From: an uncultured Gammaproteobacteria bacterium | GTDB lineage: Bacteria > Patescibacteriota > Patescibacteriia > UBA9934 > GWF2-40-263 | NCBI GenBank assembly: GCA_964616135.1 | Contig: CAZTTQ010000003.1 | Coordinates: 1 to 48,934 of the forward strand | Direction: 5' to 3' | Length of the DNA stretch: 48,934 nucleotides | Shown: positions 24,856 through 32,889 of the stretch, piece after piece | Layout: each line of letters starts with the position of its first letter | Position numbering within the stretch: position 1 is the first letter of the stretch | The notes under the pieces: generated by a model | The model's database searches: none | Seen by the model: only the letters and a program-made list of their open reading frames with translations | Told to the model about the DNA's origin: nothing | Position numbers and translations under genes: made by a program

Positions 24856-26952
24856 ATGCAGACTTGGAAACGCAAGAAAGCCTACGTCCGCCCCAGCCAC
24901 GTTGGGGCCGTAAAGCCGTGGCGCACGCGCCTGGCCGCCGCCTTTTTCCTGTTGGCCACCGTGGCCACGGGCCTGTCGTCGTTCCCGCAGCCGTGGGACG
25001 CCGCGGCCAACGCCGTGAATGCCAAGACGGGTTGGCACATCCCGACGGTCCCGGCACCCAACTTCCGCTTGGGGTTGGACCTGCAGGGCGGCACCCACCT
25101 CGTTTATGAGGCGGACATGAAGGACATTCCGGAAGCGGACCGCGACACCGCCTTGGAAGGCGTCCGCGACGTCATTGAAAAGCGCGTCAACGCGTTCGGC
25201 GTCGCCGAACCGCTGGTGCAGACCACGTCCACGGGCGGTACCTACCGCCTGGTGGTCGAACTGGCCGGCGTCCTGGACGTAAAGGAGGCCATTAAGCAGA
25301 TCGGCGAGACGCCGGTCTTGGAGTTCCGCGAACCTTCCAAGGATCTCGGCCGCGACCCGACCGCGGAAGAAAAGCAGAAGCTCGCCGACACCAACAAGGC
25401 GGAACGCAAGGCTGCCGCGGACGCGTTGGCCCGCGCCCAAAAGGCGCCGGCGACGTTTGCCGTGCTGGTCCAGGAATTGTCCGTGGACCTGACCAAGGCC
25501 GACACGCTCGGCAAACTCGGCAACGTGACGGCCGCGTCCGAAGCGTACGGCGCCATCGCCAAGGCCATCACAGCCACCGGCTCCTGGCCCGGCCGCGTGG
25601 TCCCGCGCGTCATTGAGACGCCGGAAGGCCTGAATGTGGTGAAGTACACGGGCATGGGCAACGGGCAGGAAATGCAGCTGTCCCACATTCTCGTCTGTTT
25701 TGAAGGCGCCACGGGCTGCGCCAACCCCATTCCGGAGTTGGACGCCTCGCTCCTCATCAACCGGTTGAAGGGGGAAGCGACGGCGGCGAACTTCGCCGAC
25801 CTTGCCACGCAGAACTCCACGGACGCCGGTTCCGCCGCGAACGGCGGCAAGTTGGATCCGTCGGAAACGGACCCGTGGGTCAAGCCCGGTTCCTTGGTCG
25901 CCCCGTTTGAAATCGCCGCCCTCGCGCTGAAGCCGGGCCAGATTTCCGACGTCGTGCGCACGGACTTCGGGTTCCACCTGATCTACAAGCGCGCCTCCCG
26001 CCCGGTAAAGACGTACCAGGTGGAGCACATCGTCCTGCCATTGTCGGACATCACCGACATCGCGGCCCCGGCGTCCCCGTGGAAGAACACGGCGTTGTCC
26101 GGCAAGCACTTGTCCCGCGCGACCGTGCAGTTCGACCAGACGTCGGGCGCCCCGCACATCGCCATCCAGTTCAACGAGGAAGGCGGCAAGCTGTTTGCCG
26201 AATTGACCGGCCGCTTGGTCGGCCAGCCGATCGGAATCTTCCTGGACGGCAATGCCATTTCCACGCCGGTGGTTGAAACGGCCATCATCGGAGGACAGGC
26301 CGTCATTACAAGCAAGGACTTCACTTTGGAGAGCGCCAAATTGCTCGCCCAGCGTCTGAACGCCGGCGCGCTGCCGGTGCCGATCACACTGCTGTCCCAA
26401 CAGACCGTCGGTCCGACGCTCGGCCTCGCGTCCCTGGACGCGTCGCTCAAGGCCGCGTTGATCGGCTTCGCCTTAGTCGCGCTGTTCATGATCGTCGTGT
26501 ACCGCCTGCCGGGCCTGGTCGCCGTCGTGGCGCTCGCCCTGTACGCGGCGCTGAACGTGCTGGCGTACCGGATCTTCGGGGTGACGATCACGCTCGCCGG
26601 CGTCGCCGGCTTGGTCCTGTCCCTCGGTATCGCTGTGGACGCCAACGTGCTCATCTTCGAACGTGTCCGGGACGAATCCCGCCACGGGCATGACCTGCGC
26701 ACGTCGTTGGAAGAAGGCTTCAAGCGCGCCTGGCCGCCCATCCGCGACGGCCACATGACCACGTTCATCTCGGCCATGGTGCTCTACACCTTCAGCTCCA
26801 GCTTCGTCCGCGGCTTCGCCCTCACGCTCGCCATCGGTATCATCCTCTCGCTCTTCACGGCCATCACGGTGACCCGCGCGTACCTGCGCGTCGTCTCCAA
26901 GCCGGCCTTCCTGCAGCGCCCCTGGCTCTACGGGTTCAAGAAATCCGCCTAA
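24856..26952 (+). CDS. secD: Protein-export membrane protein SecD with an inserted parvulin-type PPIase module
   Basis: N-terminal TM helix, then LGLDLQGGTHLVYE. C-terminal 6-TM core (VGPTLG....LSLGIAVDANVLIFERVRDE). About 230 extra residues sit in the periplasmic domain, including a rotamase-like segment. Confidence 0.9.
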   Translation: MQTWKRKKAYVRPSHVGAVKPWRTRLAAAFFLLATVATGLSSFPQPWDAAANAVNAKTGWHIPTVPAPNFRLGLDLQGGTHLVYEADMKDIPEADRDTALEGVRDVIEKRVNAFGVAEPLVQTTSTGGTYRLVVELAGVLDVKEAIKQIGETPVLEFREPSKDLGRDPTAEEKQKLADTNKAERKAAADALARAQKAPATFAVLVQELSVDLTKADTLGKLGNVTAASEAYGAIAKAITATGSWPGRVVPRVIETPEGLNVVKYTGMGNGQEMQLSHILVCFEGATGCANPIPELDASLLINRLKGEATAANFADLATQNSTDAGSAANGGKLDPSETDPWVKPGSLVAPFEIAALALKPGQISDVVRTDFGFHLIYKRASRPVKTYQVEHIVLPLSDITDIAAPASPWKNTALSGKHLSRATVQFDQTSGAPHIAIQFNEEGGKLFAELTGRLVGQPIGIFLDGNAISTPVVETAIIGGQAVITSKDFTLESAKLLAQRLNAGALPVPITLLSQQTVGPTLGLASLDASLKAALIGFALVALFMIVVYRLPGLVAVVALALYAALNVLAYRIFGVTITLAGVAGLVLSLGIAVDANVLIFERVRDESRHGHDLRTSLEEGFKRAWPPIRDGHMTTFISAMVLYTFSSSFVRGFALTLAIGIILSLFTAITVTRAYLRVVSKPAFLQRPWLYGFKKSA
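25672..25992 (+). other. Parvulin (PpiC-type rotamase)-like domain embedded in SecD
   Basis: MQLSHILVCFEG....NFADLATQNSTDAGSAANGGKLD.....LVAPFEIAALALKPGQISDVVRTDFGFHLIYKR follows the parvulin pattern (HIL..., S.D.GSA..GG.L, F..A...L..G..S..V.T.FG.H.I). Confidence 0.65.
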
Positions 26953-26953
26953 T

Positions 26954-27850
26954 ATGGCCTTCAGCTTCATCAAGACGCGCTATTGGTGGTTCGCCCTGTC
27001 CGGTGCCATGATCGTGGGCAGCCTGCTTGCGGTCGCGACGCTCGGATTGAACCAGAGCATCGACTTCACGGGCGGCAGCCTCATGGAACTGAAGTTCGAA
27101 GGGGACATGCCCGCCACGTTGGACGTCGCCCGGGACCTGACGGACGCCGGATTCAAGGCCGTGACCGTGCAGTCCTCCGGCGCGGACGAAGCGATCGTCC
27201 GCCTGGAATCCCTGGATGAAACGCGCCACCAGGAAGCCCTGGCGGCGTTGTCCAAGTCCTTCAAGGTGCAGGAATTGCGCTTTGACTCCATTGGCCCGGT
27301 CGTGGGGAAGGAGCTCAAGAACTCCGCCTTCACGGGCGTCGCGGTGACCTTGCTCCTCATCGGCCTCTATATCGCCTGGGCGTTCCGCAAGGTGTCCCAG
27401 CCGGTGGCCGCGTGGAAGTACGGCGCCCTGACGGTGCTGGCCGCCGCGCACGACGTCATCGTGCCGCTCGGCGTCTTCGCCGTGTTGGGCCGCTTCTACG
27501 GGTGGGAAGTGGGAACGGCCTTCGTGGCCGCCATCCTGACCATCTTGGGCTACTCCATCAGCGATACGGTGGTCGTGTTCGACCGTACGCGTGAAAACCT
27601 GCAGCATCAGACGGCGGGGGAGAGCTTCGCCGACGTGGTGGAAAAGAGCATCCAGCAGACGTTCGTTCGCTCGGTGAACACCAGCGTCACGACGTTGCTC
27701 GCTTTGCTCGCCATCCTTGTCTTCGGCGGGGACTCCACGCGTCCGTTCGCGTTGGCCCTGTTCGTCGGCATCCTGGTGGGGACGTATTCCTCCATCTTCA
27801 TCGCCTCGCCGCTCCTGGTCGAATGGGAGCTGCGTTCCAAGAACGCGTAA
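26954..27850 (+). CDS. secF: Protein-export membrane protein SecF
   Basis: IDFTGGS, DSIGPVVG, YSISDTVVVFDRTREN, 6 TM. Starts 1 nt after the secD stop. Confidence 0.93.
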   Translation: MAFSFIKTRYWWFALSGAMIVGSLLAVATLGLNQSIDFTGGSLMELKFEGDMPATLDVARDLTDAGFKAVTVQSSGADEAIVRLESLDETRHQEALAALSKSFKVQELRFDSIGPVVGKELKNSAFTGVAVTLLLIGLYIAWAFRKVSQPVAAWKYGALTVLAAAHDVIVPLGVFAVLGRFYGWEVGTAFVAAILTILGYSISDTVVVFDRTRENLQHQTAGESFADVVEKSIQQTFVRSVNTSVTTLLALLAILVFGGDSTRPFALALFVGILVGTYSSIFIASPLLVEWELRSKNA

Positions 27851-27856
27851 TCCGGC

Positions 27857-27889
27857 ACGCCGTCCCGCAGGGGGCGGCGTTTCGTTTTC
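27857..27889 (+). terminator. secDF intrinsic terminator
   Basis: ACGCCGTCCC-gcag-GGGGCGGCGT followed by TTCGTTTTC. Confidence 0.7.
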
Positions 27890-27906
27890 ATGCGGACGCG
27901 GACGCG

Positions 27907-27915
27907 TGCTATAAT
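27907..27915 (+). promoter_or_regulatory. Extended -10 promoter (TGcTATAAT)
   Basis: Perfect TATAAT (27910-27915) with an upstream TG. ATG 27926 lies 10 nt downstream. Confidence 0.55.
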
Positions 27916-27925
27916 CGGAGCCAAT

Positions 27926-29551
27926 ATGGTGCCATCGCTCGACCCCTCTTTCTGGACCCAGCCGATTGACCAAGTCCTGTACACTGTCCTCGTTCAGTTC
28001 GGGTGGATTCCCATTGCGCTGACCATCGTGCATGGTCTGCTCCAGGTGTGGAAAAACCACAAGCAGGGGGAATTCCTCTCCAAGCAAAAGTACGTAATGC
28101 TCGCCATCGACGTGCCGGCCATGACGGAACAGACGCCAAAATCCATGGAGAACCTGTTCGCCATGTTGGCCAGTTCCTATTCGGGTCCGACGTTCAAAGA
28201 AGAATGGATCATCGGCAAGGTGCAGACCACCTTCTCGTTTGAGATTGTCTCCACGGACGGCTACGTGCAGTTCTTGGTGCGCCTCCAGCCCAAGTTCCGT
28301 GATGCGTTGGAAGCGGCCATCTACGCGCACTACCCGGACGCCGAAATCGCGGAGGTTGAGGACTACGCGCGGGACTTTCCGACCAAGTTTCCGAATGACA
28401 CCCATGACATGTGGGGGTCCGAATTCAAGTTGAAGAATCCGGAAATCTTCCCCATCCGCACCATCCGGGACTTTGAAGACCCCATTACGAAGGAAATTAA
28501 GGATCCGCTCGGCCAGATCCTGGAACAGATGGCCAAGATGCGTCCCGGGGAAAACTTCTGGGTGCAATACCTGTTGGAGCCCTGTAACAATGATTGGCAA
28601 AAAGCCGGCGGCACCTTCATTAACAAGGTGTACGGCATTGAAAAGCCCCCGACGGAAAGCGGGTTCACGGCCGGTCTCCGCACGCTGGTCTCTGTGCCGG
28701 ACGCGGTGTTGGCCAAGACGCTCGGCATCACCATCGGCGACCTGTTCTTGGGCGCGCCGCCTAAGGCCAAAGAAGCGGACCAGTGGCGCGCGTTCAAGCT
28801 GACGTCCGTGGAAAAGGAACAAACGGCGGAAGTCCTGGAAAAAATCTCCAAGCCGGGCTTTAAGGTAAAAGTCCGCGTGCTCTACGTGGCGCGCAAGGAA
28901 GCCTTCAACAAGGGCGGCCGCGTGCTCATGATCAAGGGGATGTTCAACCAGTACGCCAACTCGTACCTCAACTCCTTCGGCTTCTTCGGCCAGAGCATGC
29001 CCAAGGACGACTACTTCTGGCAGGTGTGGGAATACGCCAAGAAACAGGAGACCCTGATGAAGGCGTACGTCAACCGTGACCCGTCCACGGGCGCCAACGG
29101 CCTGGTGCTCAACTCGGAGGAGCTCGCTACGTTGTGGCATTTCCCGATGATCGGCGTAAAGGCGCCGATGATCCGCAAGGCGGAGGCGCGCCGCGCGGAA
29201 CCGCCTATCGGCCTGCCGGTCGGTCTGGACGAGCCGCTGCCCACGGGCCCACGTGCCGACAAGAAGCCAAAAGAAGAAAAAGCCTATGTCGCCTCCGCTC
29301 CGGACGTGTCTTTGCCGGGCATGGCCGCCGCCGCGTATACGTCGTCTCCTGTGCGCGCTACGGCGCCGCACGCGGAAGTTGCCGCAGAGCCGGAAGAAGT
29401 CGAACTCGGCCTGGACGCAACTGATATGGGGCCGCCCGCGGACGTAGAACTGCCGGGACCGCCCCCGGGCTTCGTCACGGGAGAAGGCTTGGAAGACAAG
29501 GACAACGACGGCTCCCGTGAAGGCGCCCCGCCCCCCAATTTGCCCATGTAG
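27926..29551 (+). CDS. Single-pass membrane protein, partner of the T4CP-like ATPase (unknown family)
   Basis: 541 aa. TM helix FGWIPIALTIVHGLLQVW, a ~400-aa globular region (..SFEIVSTDGYVQFLVRL..IYAHYPDAEIAEVEDY..) and a Pro/Ala/Glu-rich tail. The next gene follows after a 3-nt gap. Confidence 0.7.
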   Translation: MVPSLDPSFWTQPIDQVLYTVLVQFGWIPIALTIVHGLLQVWKNHKQGEFLSKQKYVMLAIDVPAMTEQTPKSMENLFAMLASSYSGPTFKEEWIIGKVQTTFSFEIVSTDGYVQFLVRLQPKFRDALEAAIYAHYPDAEIAEVEDYARDFPTKFPNDTHDMWGSEFKLKNPEIFPIRTIRDFEDPITKEIKDPLGQILEQMAKMRPGENFWVQYLLEPCNNDWQKAGGTFINKVYGIEKPPTESGFTAGLRTLVSVPDAVLAKTLGITIGDLFLGAPPKAKEADQWRAFKLTSVEKEQTAEVLEKISKPGFKVKVRVLYVARKEAFNKGGRVLMIKGMFNQYANSYLNSFGFFGQSMPKDDYFWQVWEYAKKQETLMKAYVNRDPSTGANGLVLNSEELATLWHFPMIGVKAPMIRKAEARRAEPPIGLPVGLDEPLPTGPRADKKPKEEKAYVASAPDVSLPGMAAAAYTSSPVRATAPHAEVAAEPEEVELGLDATDMGPPADVELPGPPPGFVTGEGLEDKDNDGSREGAPPPNLPM

Positions 29552-29554
29552 CCT

Positions 29555-31510
29555 ATGCCACACGACCAGCAGCCAGAGCCCATCACGTATTTTGCCCGCA
29601 CCAACTACCGGAATCAGTTGGTGAAATTCGGCATCAAGCGGGACGACCGCCGCCGCCATATGTACTTGGTGGGGAAGACCGGCATGGGCAAGTCCGTCCT
29701 GCTGGAGAACATGTTCCTGTCGGACATCTACGCCGGCAACGGCTGCTGCTACGTGGACCCGCACGGCGACACGGCGGAACGCCTGATCGATTTCATTCCG
29801 TCTTGGCGCATTAACGACGTCGTGTACTTCAACCCGGCGGACTTGGATTTCCCGATCGGGTTCAACATTTTGGAAGCCGTCGACGAACGCCACAAGCACC
29901 TGGTGGCGTCGGGCATGATGGGCGTTTTCAAGAAGATCTGGGAGAACGTCTGGTCGGCCCGCATGGAGTACATCCTCAACAACACCATTTTGGCGTTGAT
30001 GGACAACCCGGGGTCCACGCTGCTCGGTATCAACCGCATGCTGTCGGACGAAGAATACCGCAACCGGATGGTCAGCAACGTAAAGGACCCCATCGTCAAG
30101 CAATTCTGGCTGGGCGAATTCGCCTCGTGGGATCCCAAGTTTGCCGCCGAAGCCAGCTCGGCCATCCAAAACAAGATCGGCCAGTTCCTGTCGGCGTCCG
30201 TCATCCGCAACATCGTCGCGCAGGTAAAATCGACCATCAACATCCGCCAGATCATGGATGAAGAGAAGATCTTCATCGTGAACCTGTCCAAGGGCCGCAT
30301 CGGGGAAGATTCCTCGCGCCTGTTGGGCGGCATGCTGATCACCAAAATCCAACTGGCGGCCATGGAACGCGTGGACCAGCTGGAAAAGGACCGCAAGGAC
30401 TTCTACCTGTACGTGGACGAGTTCCAGAACTTCGCCGTGGAATCGTTTGCCGCGATTTTGTCCGAAGCGCGCAAATACCGCCTATGCCTGGTCATGGCGC
30501 ACCAGTACATCGCCCAGCTGTCGGATGAAGTGCGCGAGGCGGTCTTCGGCAACGTCGGAAGCATGATCGCGTTCCGCGTCGGCAGCCCGGACGCCGTGTT
30601 CCTGGAAAAGGAATTCGAGCCCCGCTTCATGGTGGCCGACATCGTGAACCTGCCGAAATACAACATCTACCTGAAGTTGCTTATCGACGGCGTGTCCAGC
30701 CAGCCGTTCTCCGCCGTGACCTTGCCGCCCATCGCCCAGCGCACCGATTCCGGGGACAAAGTGACCCGCGTGACGCGTGAACGCTACTCGCTGTCGCGCA
30801 AGGACATTGAGGACAAGATCACCAAGTGGAGCGGCATAGAAGAAGGCCCCGCCGGCACGGCCAAGCTGATGGCCGCCGCCGCCGAGAAGAAAAAGTCTTT
30901 TAAGGACGCCAAGAAGCCCAAGTTCGAGTACAAGTGTTCCCGCTGCGGCAAGCAGATCATTCTGCCGGTGGAATTGGACGCCTCGCGCCCCATCTACTGT
31001 GAGGAATGTATCGAGATCGTCCGCGCGGAACGCAAAGGAGGAAAGCCGTCTGCGCCCGTCGCGCCCAAACCGGCAGCGACGCCAGGCGTGGTGACACAGA
31101 CGGCCCCGCGGCCGCCCGTGGCTCCTGCGCCGACGGTCGCGACGGTAAACGTGCCTGCATCGGCCAAGCCGGCCACGGTTCCCGCCCCGGTGCCCAAAGC
31201 CTCTGTGTCGCAAAAACCGCGCGACGCTCGGCCCCAAAAGGACCTACCGCCGCCGCGCTCGCTCCCGCCCGTCCAAAAGCCCTCGTCTCCCGGCGGCCCC
31301 AAGCCTCCAGCCCTGACGCTCGCGGAATTGGCGGCAAAGGCCGGTCCGGCTAAGCGCGTCGTAGAAGACGACGACGAACTCGGGCCCGACGAAAGCGACG
31401 TGCCGGAGATCCCGCTGAACGAACTCATGAAGGCTGCCATGAAAGAAGAAGAATCCAAAAAGGCCAAGACAGGAACGTTGAAACCGGGCGAAACCGCCCT
31501 GTTCGACTAA
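29555..31510 (+). CDS. Soluble VirD4/TraD-like (type IV coupling protein family) P-loop ATPase with C-terminal CxxC-x17-CxxC zinc ribbon
   Basis: Walker A VGKTGMGKS, DPHGD, Walker B FYLYVDEFQNF, RKYRLCLVMAHQYIAQL. No N-terminal TM. CSRC-x17-CEEC at nt 30935-31009, then a Pro/Ala/Lys-rich tail. Confidence 0.75.
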   Translation: MPHDQQPEPITYFARTNYRNQLVKFGIKRDDRRRHMYLVGKTGMGKSVLLENMFLSDIYAGNGCCYVDPHGDTAERLIDFIPSWRINDVVYFNPADLDFPIGFNILEAVDERHKHLVASGMMGVFKKIWENVWSARMEYILNNTILALMDNPGSTLLGINRMLSDEEYRNRMVSNVKDPIVKQFWLGEFASWDPKFAAEASSAIQNKIGQFLSASVIRNIVAQVKSTINIRQIMDEEKIFIVNLSKGRIGEDSSRLLGGMLITKIQLAAMERVDQLEKDRKDFYLYVDEFQNFAVESFAAILSEARKYRLCLVMAHQYIAQLSDEVREAVFGNVGSMIAFRVGSPDAVFLEKEFEPRFMVADIVNLPKYNIYLKLLIDGVSSQPFSAVTLPPIAQRTDSGDKVTRVTRERYSLSRKDIEDKITKWSGIEEGPAGTAKLMAAAAEKKKSFKDAKKPKFEYKCSRCGKQIILPVELDASRPIYCEECIEIVRAERKGGKPSAPVAPKPAATPGVVTQTAPRPPVAPAPTVATVNVPASAKPATVPAPVPKASVSQKPRDARPQKDLPPPRSLPPVQKPSSPGGPKPPALTLAELAAKAGPAKRVVEDDDELGPDESDVPEIPLNELMKAAMKEEESKKAKTGTLKPGETALFD

Positions 31511-31513
31511 ATG

Positions 31514-31543
31514 AAATCCGCCCTCATGGGCGGATTTTCGTTT
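31514..31543 (+). terminator. Intrinsic terminator of the two-gene module
   Basis: AAATCCGCCC-tcat-GGGCGGATTT followed by TCGTTTC. Confidence 0.75.
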
Positions 31544-31547
31544 CGCT

Positions 31548-31556
31548 TGGTACAAT
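31548..31556 (+). promoter_or_regulatory. Extended -10 promoter (TGGTACAAT) of uppP
   Basis: TG+TACAAT. The first in-frame ATG (31555) lies inside the -10, and the second ATG (31567) lies 10 nt downstream with no SD. Confidence 0.5.
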
Positions 31557-31566
31557 GGCGGCCGAT

Positions 31567-32361
31567 ATGACCCTCCTCCATGCCGCCGTGCTCGGTGCCG
31601 TCCAGGGCCTGACGGAATTTCTGCCTGTTTCCAGCTCCGGCCATCTTATTTTGGTCCCGGCCCTATTGGGATGGAAAGACGCGTCGTCGCTCGCGTTTGA
31701 CGCGGCGGTGAACTTGGGAACGGTGGCCGCGGCGCTCGTCGCTTTGCGGGAAGACGCGGGGAAGATGATCCGCGGACTTACACGCCCGAAGACGGACCGC
31801 TTCGGCCGGCTGGGATGGATGATTGCCCTCGCGACCGTTCCGGCGATCCTTGCCGCCCTTTTCTTTCGGGAGGCGCTTGAGTCGTATGCCCGCACTCCGC
31901 AGGTCGTAGCGGGAAGTTTGGCGGCTTGGGGTGTCCTCCTGCTCGTTGCGGACCGTCTGGCCGGCGCGGGGGAGAAAGACATCGCCAAGGTCGGCTGGAA
32001 ACGAGCCTTTGCCCTCGGCTGTGCCCAGGCCATCGCCCTTATTCCCGGGACCTCCCGTTCCGGCGTGACGATTACGGCCGGTTTGTTCGCCGGGTTGGAT
32101 CGCGCCGCCGCTGCCCGATTCTCGTTCTTGTTGGGGATCCCCGTATTGCTACTTGCGTCCGCCTCGGGCGCGTACGACATCGTAAGGGACGGGACGGACG
32201 TATCTGTGGCGGCTATGGCCGTGGGGGTCCTGACGGCCTTCGGGGCCGGCCTGTTCGCCATTCGCTGGTTATTGAAGCTCTTCCAAGGGGAAACCACGTA
32301 CAAGTGGTTTGCCGTCTATCGTCTGGCGTTGGCTGCCGCTGTCCTGGTGTTTCTACGCTAA
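31567..32361 (+). CDS. uppP: Undecaprenyl-diphosphate phosphatase
   Basis: GAVQGLTEFLPVSSSGHL, PGTSRSGVTI, multi-TM. Start chosen at the second ATG (the ORF track starts at 31555). Confidence 0.92.
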   Translation: MTLLHAAVLGAVQGLTEFLPVSSSGHLILVPALLGWKDASSLAFDAAVNLGTVAAALVALREDAGKMIRGLTRPKTDRFGRLGWMIALATVPAILAALFFREALESYARTPQVVAGSLAAWGVLLLVADRLAGAGEKDIAKVGWKRAFALGCAQAIALIPGTSRSGVTITAGLFAGLDRAAAARFSFLLGIPVLLLASASGAYDIVRDGTDVSVAAMAVGVLTAFGAGLFAIRWLLKLFQGETTYKWFAVYRLALAAAVLVFLR

Positions 32362-32364
32362 TCC

Positions 32365-32393
32365 TTGACAGGAAGCCGTTTCCGGGGTAGCTT
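32365..32393 (+). promoter_or_regulatory. TTGACA-N17-TAGCTT promoter
   Basis: TTGACA (32365-32370), a 17-nt spacer and TAGCTT (32388-32393). It lies 38 nt upstream of ATG 32432. Confidence 0.5.
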
Positions 32394-32431
32394 CCGCCCG
32401 TCATTGTCCTTTCCCGCACCAGAGGTCCTCC

Positions 32432-32830
32432 ATGTCGCTCGCCGCAACGCCGATCGAGTTGTACGATGCCGAACCGTTCCTGGTGACCCAGGAGGCGCGC
32501 CTGCGCCGCCTGTGCAACGTCTTCGCCACCCGGGCGCTCGAGGCCCTGACGGACGGCGCCGAGCGCGCCGCCTTCTTCCAGCTCATGGGCCACGTGCCCA
32601 ACGAGCTGATCGAGGACATGGCCGAAGAAGAGCTGGCGTCCGCCGTGGACCGCAAGTCCCGGAAGGTCTTCAGCTTCGTCCACCTCCACGAGCGCCTGCA
32701 CGGCGCCTGGCAGGGGTTCAACCTCACCGTCGACGGGCTGGTGCGCGCCGCGCCGCGCCGCGAACTCGTCCGCCACTGGTTCGAACTCGCGATCATCGTG
32801 GCGCATACGCGCGCCTGCCAGCCCAACTGA
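32432..32830 (+). CDS. Hypothetical protein (132 aa)
   Basis: ATG with GAGG upstream, own promoter and terminators. Helical, with no recognisable motif. Confidence 0.5.
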   Translation: MSLAATPIELYDAEPFLVTQEARLRRLCNVFATRALEALTDGAERAAFFQLMGHVPNELIEDMAEEELASAVDRKSRKVFSFVHLHERLHGAWQGFNLTVDGLVRAAPRRELVRHWFELAIIVAHTRACQPN

Positions 32831-32889
32831 AAACCCGCCCCACTTCGGGCGGGCTCCGCGAACTCCCTCTCAACCGGGAGTTCTTTTTT
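32831..32889. terminator. Two hairpins serving convergent genes
   Basis: CCCGCCC/GGGCGGG (32834-32853) has an A-run to its left, acting as the minus-strand terminator. GAACTCCC/GGGAGTTC (32860-32883) is followed by T6, acting as the plus-strand terminator. Confidence 0.65.
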
